DNA from: Candidatus Krumholzibacteriota bacterium
Lineage (GTDB): Bacteria; Krumholzibacteriota; Krumholzibacteriia; Krumholzibacteriales; Krumholzibacteriaceae
Direction of reading: 5' to 3'
Assembly: GCA_016926065.1 (NCBI GenBank)
Contig: JAFGPI010000152.1
Location: 1 to 50,979, forward strand
Length of the DNA: 50,979 bases
The notes under the pieces were generated by a model that did not search any database, was not told where the DNA came from, and was given only the letters and a program-made list of their open reading frames with translations. Of the stretch, positions 1 through 9,219 are shown piece after piece (the first letter of the stretch is position 1; every line of letters starts with the position of its first letter). The translations under genes were made by a program, and so were the position numbers.

Positions 1-8
1 ATTAGGCG

Positions 9-1598
9 GTGATTGAATTCGATCGGATCTCAATCAACCGTTCCGCCAGGCAGGTTCTCCTGACGCCCAAGCGCGCCTATGCGTTTTGGCGTCGGTTTAT
101 GATCCCCTTGTCACTGATGGCTCTTTCGGCGGAAATATCTTTTTCCCCCCTGAGATCGGCCGATCTACCCGTCCGGGAAGTTTTCCTGGGGGGGGCGAGG
201 GAAGAAATCCTAACCGGGATGGATTCGTTCGACCGCCATCTCCTCAGGTTGGAGGCCGGCTACCGGGACCTCTATTATGATAAAAAAGGCGACCGTTTAC
301 AGGACTATCATCAAAGCGATATCCGCCTGCTGCATCTTTTCAGGACCGGAAGGTGGGTAGGCGGCTACCGGCTGGGCCGTAACGTTCTAATCCTGAAACA
401 AGACAACCTCTACAGTGAACGGGACCGGCTGCGGGGCTCCGCCGAGGCCTGGAACCTGGAAGGTTTGGGGGGAGTGGATTTACCCGGTCCCGGCCGGGCC
501 GGGATCGGCCGCCTGCGGGCGATGGGCGCGCTGGGATACCGGGGGCAAGGGGTAGCCGGCTCCATCGACACCCGCCTGACCTGGAATAACCGGTGCCGGT
601 TGTATCTGGGGGCGGAATCGTACCCCCACCGGATCGAGCTGTCTCAGTCCATCGCCGGACATACCTTCCCCTTTCATTTTCCCTTCCGGACATGGGGGGG
701 CGATATGGCGGTCATGGTCCCCCTCGAACTGTTTACCTTGGAGCTGGAGGGGGGAATGGAAAGGTGCCGGGGGGAGGGAGAGGAAGTGAAGGGATTTCTA
801 AATAGCATCTTTTGGCGGACCGAGCAGGGTGGGGGAACGGTTTCTTACCGGACCGAGCGTTACGGAGAAGGCGGCCGGCTCTTTAGGAAAACTACATCGG
901 CTTCCGCCCTCCCCGGTTTTTTATTCAACCTGGAGCATAAAACCGGATACCTGGAGATGCACATGTACAATCGAGGTGTCCGCTACCTGCATCTAAAGGA
1001 TTTCAAAACTTACTTCACCGGCATCGAGTTATCCCTGGTGCCGCTGAGGAATAGCTGGCTGAGCCTGGGTTGGGAGAGGACCAGGGTCTATCATCCCAAG
1101 CCGGCTTGGGCCAAGGACGCCTTCGCGGCCATCTGGCCCTTCACCATTTGGGATATCTTTGCTGCCCAAGAATTCGTGCTGGGCGAGGTAGAGGCCAGCC
1201 TGGATAGCTGGTTTATCGGAGCCGGAACCGTCATCGAAGGGGAGAGGCTCGATATCGAACTGCTGGGGCGCTTCGATTTTCTGGGGGATGAGGGGGGAGT
1301 GATCTGGTATCAGAAAGAATACCTTAACTACCCCTTTCATCCCTATTTTGTCCCCCATGACGACCGCCTGGATATTTCCCCTATTTACGCCCTTCAACTT
1401 CAACCGGCAGCCGAGCTGCGTATCGGTGAATATCTGACCCTCCGCATCTCCCTGGAAGCCTACATACCATTCGGGAAGAAGGAAGATTCCGGGAACGGTG
1501 GGACGCCTTCCGTCACTCCGGTCCCCCGGGCCGAGGAGGAGGATTCCTCCAGGCACGGCGGCTTGCGGGGTAAGATCAGGCTCCTCTACGCTTTTTAA
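9..1598 (+). CDS. Hypothetical outer-membrane beta-barrel-like protein (true start may be ATG 99)
   Basis: Signal-like hydrophobic stretch MIPLSLMALSA from ATG 99; alternating aromatic/Gly beta-strand pattern; ends in IRLLYAF (C-terminal Phe typical of BAM substrates). Confidence 0.55.
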   Translation: MIEFDRISINRSARQVLLTPKRAYAFWRRFMIPLSLMALSAEISFSPLRSADLPVREVFLGGAREEILTGMDSFDRHLLRLEAGYRDLYYDKKGDRLQDYHQSDIRLLHLFRTGRWVGGYRLGRNVLILKQDNLYSERDRLRGSAEAWNLEGLGGVDLPGPGRAGIGRLRAMGALGYRGQGVAGSIDTRLTWNNRCRLYLGAESYPHRIELSQSIAGHTFPFHFPFRTWGGDMAVMVPLELFTLELEGGMERCRGEGEEVKGFLNSIFWRTEQGGGTVSYRTERYGEGGRLFRKTTSASALPGFLFNLEHKTGYLEMHMYNRGVRYLHLKDFKTYFTGIELSLVPLRNSWLSLGWERTRVYHPKPAWAKDAFAAIWPFTIWDIFAAQEFVLGEVEASLDSWFIGAGTVIEGERLDIELLGRFDFLGDEGGVIWYQKEYLNYPFHPYFVPHDDRLDISPIYALQLQPAAELRIGEYLTLRISLEAYIPFGKKEDSGNGGTPSVTPVPRAEEEDSSRHGGLRGKIRLLYAF

Positions 1599-1627
1599 GA
1601 ATAAAAAAATCATGCTCGTTACTTGTT

Positions 1628-1751
1628 TGGTCTGCAATTAAAAAACCGGACAACATTTTGGATTATAAATAACCTGTACAGAGGTCCTCCAAAGGAGGAC
1701 CCAATGAAGCGAAAGCGATTCACCGAGGAACAGATTAGCTACGGGCTCAGA
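1628..1751 (+). mobile_element. IS3-family left-end remnant (IRL plus N-terminus of OrfA)
   Basis: Starts TGGTCTGC...AAAACCGGACA, resembling IS3-family IRLs; GGAGGA RBS inside hairpin GGTCCTCC-AAA-GGAGGACC (1683-1701); ATG 1704 reads MKRKRFTEEQISYGLR, a typical OrfA start, then the similarity ends. Confidence 0.7.
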
Positions 1752-1847
1752 ACAAAACCGAGGATAATCTTCGATAGTTTTACTCCATCACCGCAGACAT
1801 TGTGGAAGTGAAGAAGATGGATATCCTTTGGATAGATTTAAATATTT

Positions 1848-1870
1848 AGGCACAAATCCAGGCACAATCC
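1848..1870. repeat. Tandem direct repeat AGGCACAA(A)TCC, like an integrase arm-type site
   Basis: aggcacaaatcc (1848-1859) followed by aggcacaatcc (1860-1870), about 60 nt from the tRNA-Leu 3' end. Confidence 0.5.
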
Positions 1871-1889
1871 CCATTTCCCACAAATAGAA

Positions 1890-1911
1890 AAACGGATCAA
1901 CTGATCCGTTT
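1890..1911 (-). terminator. Inverted repeat downstream of tRNA-Leu
   Basis: AAACGGATCA-ac-TGATCCGTTT; on the - strand the stem is followed by T residues. Confidence 0.55.
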
Positions 1912-1928
1912 AACTCATTGAAAACAAA

Positions 1929-2016
1929 TGGTGCCGGAGGTGGGAATCGAACCCACACGGTACCAAGTACCGGGGGATTTTGAGTCCCCTGCGTCTACCA
2001 ATTTCACCACTCCGGC
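1929..2016 (-). tRNA. tRNA-Leu(CAA), CCA encoded
   Basis: Reverse complement GCCGGAGTGGTGAAATTGGTAGAC...GGGGA-CTCAAAA-TCCCC, long variable arm, GGTTCGATTCC, ending CTCCGGCACCA. Confidence 0.97.
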
Positions 2017-2025
2017 ACCAGGCTG

Positions 2026-2054
2026 AAAATATTTTGAATGCCCGGTAGTGTCAA
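2026..2054 (-). promoter_or_regulatory. sigma70-like promoter of tRNA-Leu
   Basis: TTGACA-17 nt-TATTTT on the - strand. Confidence 0.6.
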
Positions 2055-2126
2055 GATCTATCTTCCCTCCGCGGGGGTCGGATAGCGGCGCGGATAAAGG
2101 AATAATACGGTAGGAAAAGCATACTC

Positions 2127-2678
2127 CTAGCTGTATCTGCCGTAACTTCCCCGGCGCGTAGCCCGGCAGGGGCCGAGGATCTCCCGCAGCACCACGGCCT
2201 GTTGAAAGTAGGGCAGCCCTTCCAGGATCTGGTCGATCGACCGGCGCTGCAACTCTCCGCGGGGATACTCGATACCGCCCACCGGGGAGATTTCCTCCGG
2301 GGAAAGTACGAGCCCCTCGTAGCTCTCCGGGATGGGGGCGGGCTCACTCCCGGGCAAGCTTTCCGGGGTTTCCTCGAAAGCATCTTCTTCCCATCCTCCC
2401 CCGGGTGGGATTTCCGCTTGCCCGTAGCTGCCGGTGATTTCACTTTCCGGAAACTCTGCTTCCCGGAGGGGGAGGGTGTCCCCCTCTGGTTGGCCGAAGG
2501 CTTCCGCCGGCACTTTAGGTTTGGCGGTCTCCTGCTGCAGTTCCTCGATCAACGCCTGCAGACCGGTTTTTTTCCCTCCCGTTCCCGGCTTGGGCTTCTG
2601 CATCAAGCCGCGCATTATGCGCGATCCGATATTCAGGATGATCATGAATATGATAAATCCGATCAGTCCTTCACCCAT
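2127..2678 (-). CDS. Membrane-anchored hypothetical protein (positional YqfB-like)
   Basis: N-terminal TM helix, acidic low-complexity linker, C-terminal QAVVLREILGP; third gene of the nfeD-floA operon. Confidence 0.65.
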   Translation of the reverse strand: MGEGLIGFIIFMIILNIGSRIMRGLMQKPKPGTGGKKTGLQALIEELQQETAKPKVPAEAFGQPEGDTLPLREAEFPESEITGSYGQAEIPPGGGWEEDAFEETPESLPGSEPAPIPESYEGLVLSPEEISPVGGIEYPRGELQRRSIDQILEGLPYFQQAVVLREILGPCRATRRGSYGRYS

Positions 2679-2684
2679 CGGTTC

Positions 2685-3671
2685 TTACTCCTTGGTGCTT
2701 TTGCCGTTCGGCCCGGCTATCGAATTTCTCATGCTGGTGTCGGCCTGAATATTGCGGATATTGTAATAATCCATTATCCCCAGGTTTCCCTGGCGGAAGG
2801 CTTCGGAAATGGCCCGCGGTATCTCCGCTTCGGCTTCCACCACCTTGGCCCGCATCTCCTGGGTGCGGGCCTTCATTTCCTGCTCCACGGCCACCGCCAG
2901 GGCCCTGCGCTCCTCGGCCTTGGCCTGGGCGATCCTCTTGTCCGCTTCGGCCTGGTCGGTTTGCAGTTTGGCCCCTATGTTGACGCCTACATCGACATCG
3001 GCGATATCGATGGAGAGGATTTCGAAGGCCGTGCCCGAATCGAGGCCTTTCTCCAGCACCGTTTTGGAAATCTGATCGGGATTTTCCAGAACGTGCTTGT
3101 GGGATTTGGCCGAACCGATGGTGGTCACGATTCCTTCTCCCACCCGGGCCACTATGGTCTCTTCGCCCGCGCCGCCCACCAACCGGTCTATATTGGCCCG
3201 GACCGTGACCCGGCTGGTGGCCTTTACCTGGATGCCGTCCATGGCCACCGCGGCGATCATGGGGGTGTCGATCACCTTGGGATTGACGCTTAACTTGACC
3301 GCTTCGAGCACGTCGCGGCCGGCCAGATCAATGGCGGTGGCCCGCTCGAAAGTCAGGTTTATGTTGGCCTTATCGGCCGAAATAAGGGCGTTGACCACGT
3401 TCTGCACGTTACCCCCGGCCAGAAAGTGGGCTTCCATCTTGTCTATGTCCATGGGGATCCCGGCCTTGGTGGCGGCGATCTTGGGCCTGATGATACGCTG
3501 CGGGGGGACCTTGCGCAGGCGCATTCCGATAAGATCCCGGAAGATCCTGACCCGCACTCCGGAAAAGTAAGCGGTGACCCACAGGCCTATGGGGACGAAG
3601 TAGAAGAATAACAGCGCCACCAGGATGATTATGAACACCAGGAAAAATAAAGCCGCTCCAGAAAATTCCAT
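2685..3671 (-). CDS. floA: Flotillin-like protein FloA (YqfA family)
   Basis: Motifs [49 protein letters not shown]. Confidence 0.93.
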   Translation of the reverse strand: MEFSGAALFFLVFIIILVALLFFYFVPIGLWVTAYFSGVRVRIFRDLIGMRLRKVPPQRIIRPKIAATKAGIPMDIDKMEAHFLAGGNVQNVVNALISADKANINLTFERATAIDLAGRDVLEAVKLSVNPKVIDTPMIAAVAMDGIQVKATSRVTVRANIDRLVGGAGEETIVARVGEGIVTTIGSAKSHKHVLENPDQISKTVLEKGLDSGTAFEILSIDIADVDVGVNIGAKLQTDQAEADKRIAQAKAEERRALAVAVEQEMKARTQEMRAKVVEAEAEIPRAISEAFRQGNLGIMDYYNIRNIQADTSMRNSIAGPNGKSTKE

Positions 3672-3708
3672 CTCGTTACCGTCCTTTCCCGTCCGGCCCT
3701 CACGCCGG

Positions 3709-5049
3709 TCAGATCCTTTCCACTACAATCCTATAACCTTCTATCTTCTTGACCCGGATTTTCATGTTCTTTTCTATAAATTCCCCTTCGGTGACCACCG
3801 ATAGCTTTTCATCCTCGATCAGGGCCGTTCCGGCTGGTCTGAGGGTGGTCAGGGCGATGCCGGTTTTTCCCTCCAGCTCCCGGTAAGATTCGGGGGAGGA
3901 ACGGAAACCGGCGGAAACGGATTCGGTGGTCTTTAATACCAGCCGGTTCACCGGGGTGAACTTGGGCAGGAACCGCAGGGCGATCAGGATGATGAGGAAG
4001 GAAGAAATGAAAGATATGGCCAATACCTTGGCTCCGGAGAATATGTCGGTGGGATGAAAGAATCGACCCACCAGGCTGAGATAGAGGCTGGCCACAATGG
4101 CTATGATGCCCAGGGTGCCGGTGATGCCGAATCCGGGGATAAGAAATATCTCCACCAGCAGCAAAATCACCCCGATCACAAAAAGGATGATCTCTCCCCA
4201 GCCGGCCAGGTGAATCAAGCTGTGGCTGCCGAAAAACAGGGCCAGGGCTATAAGGGCGATTATTCCGGGGGCTCCGAATCCGGGAGTCTTGATCTCGAAG
4301 AAGATGCCCAGCAGGGCCAGGGTGAGGAGGATACTGCTCACTATGGCCTGGGTGAGAAATCCGGCCACCTTCTCGGCCAGGTTCATTCCGGCCACGGTGA
4401 TCTTCGCGTTAGCCAGGTTTTCGTTCTTTAGAATTTCTGTGACCGTTTCCGCCTGGAAGTCGGCGACTTTTAGTTCGATGGCCTGTTTGGCGGTAAGGGT
4501 CAGCAATTTCCCCTCCTCCACCACCCCTTCGATGGAGATGCTCTTATCGGCGAAAGCCTCTGCTATCTCCCCGGGACGGTTATTCTTGTCCGCCGTGGAG
4601 CGGAGCTCCGCCCGCCAGTACGATACCACCTTTTCACTGACCTCGCCCGATTTCAAACCGAGGCCGATCGATACCGGCTCGGCCGCTCCGATGGTCGATT
4701 GGGGGTGCATATAGATCCGGTTGGCGGCCAGGGAAATCAGAACGCCCGCCGAGATGGCCCGCTTGTTGATGAAGGCCACCGTCGGCACGCGGGAATTGAT
4801 TATGGCATCCCTGATTACCACCGCGGCGTCCAGGCGCCCGCCGAAGGTGTTGATCTCATAAATAATGAGATCGTATCCCTCCCGGTCTGCCTCCTCGGTC
4901 ATTCTTTCAACGAAGGGGGAGAGACCGAGTTGAATTTCACCCGTTACCGGTATCAGCATCACCCGGGATTTGCCGCGGGCCGGTACCGTGGATAGAAGAA
5001 TCAAGAGGCAAAGTAATGCCGGAAAAAACCATTTAACTAGCCTGTCCAT
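3709..5049 (-). CDS. nfeD: NfeD-family membrane-bound serine protease (YqeZ-like)
   Basis: INTFGG and AISAG (ClpP-like domain), TM bundle, C-terminal TLRPAG OB-fold; upstream of floA. Confidence 0.9.
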   Translation of the reverse strand: MDRLVKWFFPALLCLLILLSTVPARGKSRVMLIPVTGEIQLGLSPFVERMTEEADREGYDLIIYEINTFGGRLDAAVVIRDAIINSRVPTVAFINKRAISAGVLISLAANRIYMHPQSTIGAAEPVSIGLGLKSGEVSEKVVSYWRAELRSTADKNNRPGEIAEAFADKSISIEGVVEEGKLLTLTAKQAIELKVADFQAETVTEILKNENLANAKITVAGMNLAEKVAGFLTQAIVSSILLTLALLGIFFEIKTPGFGAPGIIALIALALFFGSHSLIHLAGWGEIILFVIGVILLLVEIFLIPGFGITGTLGIIAIVASLYLSLVGRFFHPTDIFSGAKVLAISFISSFLIILIALRFLPKFTPVNRLVLKTTESVSAGFRSSPESYRELEGKTGIALTTLRPAGTALIEDEKLSVVTEGEFIEKNMKIRVKKIEGYRIVVERI

Positions 5050-5074
5050 GTGCGTACCCCCTTTGCTGCCTCAC

Positions 5075-5103
5075 ACTCTATTTCTTTTAATGAGGGGAGT
5101 CAA
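5075..5103 (-). promoter_or_regulatory. sigma70-like promoter of the nfeD operon
   Basis: TTGACT-17 nt-TAGAGT on the - strand. Confidence 0.5.
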
Positions 5104-5186
5104 GATTTTCCGTGGCGGCGCCCCGAACCGGATCGGAAAGGGGAGGGGCGGGAGTCCAGAGGGAAGGGCCGGCATACATTTTGTCC

Positions 5187-5214
5187 TTGACGAAGGCCTT
5201 TTTTCTGTTAATAT
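5187..5214 (+). promoter_or_regulatory. sigma70-like promoter of tRNA-Ala
   Basis: TTGACG-16 nt-TAATAT with an extended -10 TG. Confidence 0.6.
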
Positions 5215-5224
5215 CTCGGTAGTT

Positions 5225-5297
5225 GGGGTTGTAGCTCAGCTGGGAGAGCACTTGTCTGGCAGACAAGAGGTCACGGGTTCGATCCCCGTCAACTCCA
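5225..5297 (+). tRNA. tRNA-Ala(GGC), CCA not encoded
   Basis: GGGGTTG acceptor with G3:U70; anticodon arm CTTGT-CTGGCAG-ACAAG; GGTTCGATCCC T-arm; discriminator A followed by CTT. Confidence 0.96.
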
Positions 5298-5359
5298 CTT
5301 TTTTTTAGAATTCCCAAAGCGGGATTCACTAAAAAGTATACGCGGTTTTTCCAGGATGC

Positions 5360-6772
5360 GTGATTGCCATGGAAGCAAATCAGCCCTTTGAGGCTCTATG
5401 CATCTTTGAGGACAATCGGTACCCCAATTTTTTCCCTCTCTCCCTTAATAAACCGGTTTTCGAACTCCAGATTGGCGCCCAGACCCTTAGAAACCGGATT
5501 ATCTCGGAGCTTTTTCCCCAGCGGATCCACCTGCTGTGCCGTCCCTATCTGGCCGAGGTTCTCGGTGAAAACCTGAATCCCGAACAAGATGGGTTAATCA
5601 TGGACGTGAATTCACAGCCGGAAAATCCGGTGCTGTTCGTCAACGGCAGGTTGCTGGCCCTGGGGGAAAGCTTCCAGTCCCTGCTGGCGGAACTGGAGGA
5701 TGACTGCCTGATAGACAAAAACGGGATTCCGGTTGTGGCCCGGCTCTCCCCGGAGAAGGCCGGACGGTTCATGGAATTTCTATCCGTTCCCCTGCAGGAC
5801 GATAGCGTGGTAAAGGTTTTCACTGAATTCAGAAAGATGACCGAAAAGTCCCCTAAAAAGCCGTTCCCCTCCCGGGAGGATACCGATCTGCGCGAGAGCG
5901 AGCAGGCCCTGGAGGCCTGGGTCAAGGATAATGGAGTCAAGAGAAAGCCGACCGATTTCAAGCTGATCTCGCATTACTGGCATTTTATCGCGGAAAATGG
6001 TAATTGCCTGAGGGATGATTTCCAGAAGAATCCCATGCGGGGTCCGGCTCCGGAAGCCTCGCTCTACCGGGGAGTCGATCTGATAAACGAAGAGGATATA
6101 ATTATCGGCGCGGGAGTGGAAGTACGCTCGGGAACGGTGCTGGACGCCTCGGAAGGTCCCATAATCATCGCCGCCGGCGTGCGCATAGAACCCAACGCCA
6201 TTATCGACGGACCATGTTTCATCGGGGAAAGATCGATCATCCGGGGAGGCGCCAAGGTGGGAAAAGGCACCTCCATCGGGACGGAATGCCGGATCGGGGG
6301 CGAGGTGGGGGAATCGATAGTCTCCTCCTACACCAACAAACAGCACGAAGGATTTCTGGGCCATGCCTATATCGGATCCTGGGTAAACATAGGAGCGGGG
6401 AGCTGTAACAGCGATCTGAAAAACAACTATCAAAAAATCAACGCCTGGAGCGCCGGCAGGATCAGGGAGACGGGGAGAAGATTTCTGGGCGCGATCGCCG
6501 GGGATAATACCAAGCTGGCCATCAATACCCGGATCAATACCGGCACCGTGATCGGATTCAATTCCAACGTGCTGAGCGCGAAATTCCCTCCCAAATTCGT
6601 TCCCAGCTTTACCTGGCAAATAGAGCCCGAGTGGGTGGAATACGACCTGGAAAAAGCCATCCTCACCGCCGGTATAATGATGGACAGGCGAAATGTGCAG
6701 TTAACCCAGGGGGGGGAAACCCTGTTCCGATATCTTTTCAATCTATGCCGCCAGAGCGGGCATAACTCTTAA
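5360..6772 (+). CDS. GlmU-like putative sugar nucleotidyl/acyltransferase
   Basis: N-terminal NFFPLSLNKPVFELQIG; hexapeptide repeats with IGGEV, NKQHEGFLGHAYIGSWVNIGAG and SDLKNNY. Confidence 0.8.
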   Translation: MIAMEANQPFEALCIFEDNRYPNFFPLSLNKPVFELQIGAQTLRNRIISELFPQRIHLLCRPYLAEVLGENLNPEQDGLIMDVNSQPENPVLFVNGRLLALGESFQSLLAELEDDCLIDKNGIPVVARLSPEKAGRFMEFLSVPLQDDSVVKVFTEFRKMTEKSPKKPFPSREDTDLRESEQALEAWVKDNGVKRKPTDFKLISHYWHFIAENGNCLRDDFQKNPMRGPAPEASLYRGVDLINEEDIIIGAGVEVRSGTVLDASEGPIIIAAGVRIEPNAIIDGPCFIGERSIIRGGAKVGKGTSIGTECRIGGEVGESIVSSYTNKQHEGFLGHAYIGSWVNIGAGSCNSDLKNNYQKINAWSAGRIRETGRRFLGAIAGDNTKLAINTRINTGTVIGFNSNVLSAKFPPKFVPSFTWQIEPEWVEYDLEKAILTAGIMMDRRNVQLTQGGETLFRYLFNLCRQSGHNS

Positions 6773-6928
6773 TAGCGGAAGAAGGGTTGGGGACCAGGCT
6801 GAAAGAAAAATCACGGTATATTTAAAGTGATGGGCCCTCCCGGCTGATTCGCCGCGGGGACGTTCCGCGCGGAACCGGGGGAGGGAGAGGATGAAATTGA
6901 GCGGGAGTTTTTCACGAAAGGGTGAGAG

Positions 6929-7729
6929 GTGCCTCAGACGTTGATAATCGGGGAGAGGTTGAACAGCAGCAATAAGAAAGTAAGATCGTGGTTCGAGGAG
7001 CGGGATGAATCCCGGCTGATGGACCTGGCCCGGTTACAGCAAGCCGGGGGCGCCGGCTACCTCGATTTGAATCTGGCCATGCTGAGGGAAAGCGAACTGG
7101 ACACCTTGATCTGGATGGGGGAACTAGTCCGCGGGGAATTGCCGGTGGGTATCGCCGTGGATAGCCCTCATGCTGAGGTTTTAAGGGCGGGGGCCCTGCG
7201 CTTTAAAGAAGCTTGTATCATAAATTCCCTTACCAGCGACCGGGAAGAATTGCTGGCCATGCTTCCGGTTATCGCCGATACGGGAGCCGGAGTGATCGTG
7301 ATGCTTAAGAACAGGGAGGGCATACCGGAAACGGCCGCGGGTCGGCTGCGCCTGGCCCGGGAGGTGGCGGAAACGATGGCCGGGGAGGATATCCCCGGGG
7401 AAAAGGTCTTTTTCGATCCGGTTTTCACTCCCCTGGCCACCGCCCGGGAGGGCCTGGTGGTGGTGCTGGAGACGATCCAGGGATTGAGAGATGATTTCGG
7501 AGCATTTCAAACGATTGGAGGGCTTTCCAATGTATCGTACGGATTGCCCCTGCGGAAACTTCTCAATAGAACCTTCCTGGCGATGATTCTAGCCCGGGGG
7601 ATAACCGCCCTGATATGCGATCCCACCGATAAGAATCTGATGGAAACCCTGCGGGTGGCGGAGATGATAGAGGGGAAGGATCCCGGCTGCAGGGAGTTCC
7701 TACGTTACTTCCGCGGCCGCGCGAAATGA
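6929..7729 (+). CDS. Pterin-binding methyltetrahydrofolate:corrinoid methyltransferase (AcsE/MetH folate-domain-like)
   Basis: IIGERLN, DLN, VDS, IINS, FDP and GLSNVSYGLP...LLNRTFL motifs. Confidence 0.8.
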   Translation: MPQTLIIGERLNSSNKKVRSWFEERDESRLMDLARLQQAGGAGYLDLNLAMLRESELDTLIWMGELVRGELPVGIAVDSPHAEVLRAGALRFKEACIINSLTSDREELLAMLPVIADTGAGVIVMLKNREGIPETAAGRLRLAREVAETMAGEDIPGEKVFFDPVFTPLATAREGLVVVLETIQGLRDDFGAFQTIGGLSNVSYGLPLRKLLNRTFLAMILARGITALICDPTDKNLMETLRVAEMIEGKDPGCREFLRYFRGRAK

Positions 7730-7782
7730 ACCGAAACATGCTCCGGTCCATCCTATTTTGAAATACCATGATTCATTTTGCT

Positions 7783-8033
7783 GTGGCCGGGGGGTAGCGG
7801 ACCTCCCCCGGAGGCGCTGGGGACGTTCCGAATCCAGGTTGCAAGCCACTTTCATCATTAAGCTTACGCAACTCCCCTTTTTGTGGCATAGGATGGCATA
7901 ACTCTTGAACTTACAGGGAACCGCACGCGGATAGTTCCCTGTAGGTTCGTGGCTTGTCCCTTACGTGTTTCTCATCCTCACGTGTTGCAGAATCCTCGCG
8001 TCAAGGGGCACACGTTCCGATCGGGGAACTTTT
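7783..8033. ncRNA. Candidate structured non-coding RNA (unassigned)
   Basis: Several stems, including a 15-bp stem 7907-7921/7934-7948 and a hairpin plus TTTT at 8014-8033, in an ORF-free spacer. Confidence 0.35.
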
Positions 8034-8140
8034 ACTATATTTTACCCTATTTTGCTATTTTTATCTATATCATTAGATTAAGGGAATGATACCCGTCCCC
8101 GGAAATCGGCAAAAAAAATTGAAATTCAGGAATTTTCCTT

Positions 8141-8169
8141 TTGACAACAAGTTGGCACTATGCTAACAA
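8141..8169 (+). promoter_or_regulatory. sigma70-like promoter of the IHF/HU gene
   Basis: TTGACA-17 nt-TAACAA with an extended -10 TG. Confidence 0.55.
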
Positions 8170-8250
8170 TGCACTTGTTAAGATGTTAAAACCGATAATG
8201 GATTTACACCGAAGCGGTTGAATAAAAGGCTCTTGAATCGAGTGGGGTGA

Positions 8251-8532
8251 ATGGTTATGACCAAAGCGGATCTGGTTGAAGAGATTGCAAAGGATACCGG
8301 GCTGAGTAAGAAAGATACCAGCGTAATCGTTAACCTGATTATCGATAATGTCTGCAAGGCCCTGGCTGAAGGTGATAAGGTGGAACTCCGCGGATTCGGA
8401 AGTTTCAAGGTAAAAAGCCGTAATCCCCGGAAGGCTAGAAATCCACGTACCGGCGCCTCGGTAGATGTTCCGGCCAAGCTGGTTCCTTATTTCAAGGCAT
8501 CCAATGAATTGAAACAGAAGGTTAACGGGTAA
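8251..8532 (+). CDS. Integration host factor/HU-family DNA-binding protein (start possibly ATG 8257)
   Basis: MTKADLV, VELRGFGSF, RNPRTG, PYFKAS. Confidence 0.93.
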   Translation: MVMTKADLVEEIAKDTGLSKKDTSVIVNLIIDNVCKALAEGDKVELRGFGSFKVKSRNPRKARNPRTGASVDVPAKLVPYFKASNELKQKVNG

Positions 8533-8561
8533 ACCAGGTATCCCGGATCAGGTAAAACTTA

Positions 8562-8596
8562 TAAAATCCGGTTGCAATTTGCAGGCGGATTTTTAT
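8562..8596 (+). terminator. Intrinsic terminator-like hairpin after IHF/HU
   Basis: AAAATCCG-g-TTGCA-att-TGCAG-g-CGGATTTT. Confidence 0.55.
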
Positions 8597-8645
8597 ATTA
8601 TGTTGACTTGTACTAGATTTGGCCAATTAATGAACAGGAAGTGCG

Positions 8646-8741
8646 ATGCCCAGCGGTAAGAAAAGAAAAAGAAAAAAGATAGCAACTCACAAAAGAAAGA
8701 AAAGGTTGCGCAAGGATCGTCATAAGAAAAAGAAACGTTAG
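8646..8741 (+). CDS. 30S ribosomal protein bS22 (AURKAIP1/COX24 family), 31 aa
   Basis: Manual translation MPSGKKRKRKKIATHKRKKRLRKDRHKKKKR; CAGGAAG RBS upstream; too short to appear in the ORF track. Confidence 0.88.
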   Translation: MPSGKKRKRKKIATHKRKKRLRKDRHKKKKR

Positions 8742-8862
8742 ACAGTAGTGCTGGTATCCTCCATGGTGGATTAAGGGGATTCACCGGTTCGCGCGGACCG
8801 CGGCGGGATAAAGCGATGCCCGGAGGCGAAGAATTAGTTTCCTCTAGAATGGTGAGGTATCC

Positions 8863-9219
8863 ATGAGTTTCAAGGAACGGCGCAGAACTCCCCGGGTCAA
8901 CGTGAACCTTCCTATCATCGTCTCCGGTGAAAAAGGCGATGAAAACGGGAGGACGTTGAACATCAGCACTAACGGGGTCTACTTCGAGTCTCCCCGTTTT
9001 ATTGATCCTCTCACCAAGGTCCAGATGGAGCTGGTAATTCCACTGGCCGGGGATAAAGATAGGAAAAATGATACCGTCAGCTTCGACGGTATCGTGGTCC
9101 GCGTCGAGCCGGAAAAAGAGGATGCGGATACGGCCTTGTACCGGATAGCGGTATTTTTCACTTTCCTGAATGAATCATCGCTGGAGATTCTGTCGAATTT
9201 CATCAAAGACAGGCTCTAA
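8863..9219 (+). CDS. Stand-alone PilZ-domain protein
   Basis: RRTPR (RxxxR) and NISTNG ([D/N]xSxxG) c-di-GMP-binding motifs. Confidence 0.85.
   Translation: MSFKERRRTPRVNVNLPIIVSGEKGDENGRTLNISTNGVYFESPRFIDPLTKVQMELVIPLAGDKDRKNDTVSFDGIVVRVEPEKEDADTALYRIAVFFTFLNESSLEILSNFIKDRL

Noticed and set aside
1623-1811. 62-aa ORF as a functional gene
   Set aside because: Chimeric reading through the IS3 IRL, the OrfA start and unrelated sequence
2202-3293. Long antisense ORFs (e.g. 2202-3293, 11972-13069, 20458-21354, 29498-30355, 42761-43642, 50123-50890)
   Set aside because: Shadow frames of well-supported genes in GC-rich DNA, with no recognisable motifs
8581-8608. dif-like site (TTATGTTGACT resembles the XerD arm)
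   Set aside because: The left arm GCAGGCGGATT lacks the ATAA core and is explained by the IHF terminator hairpin
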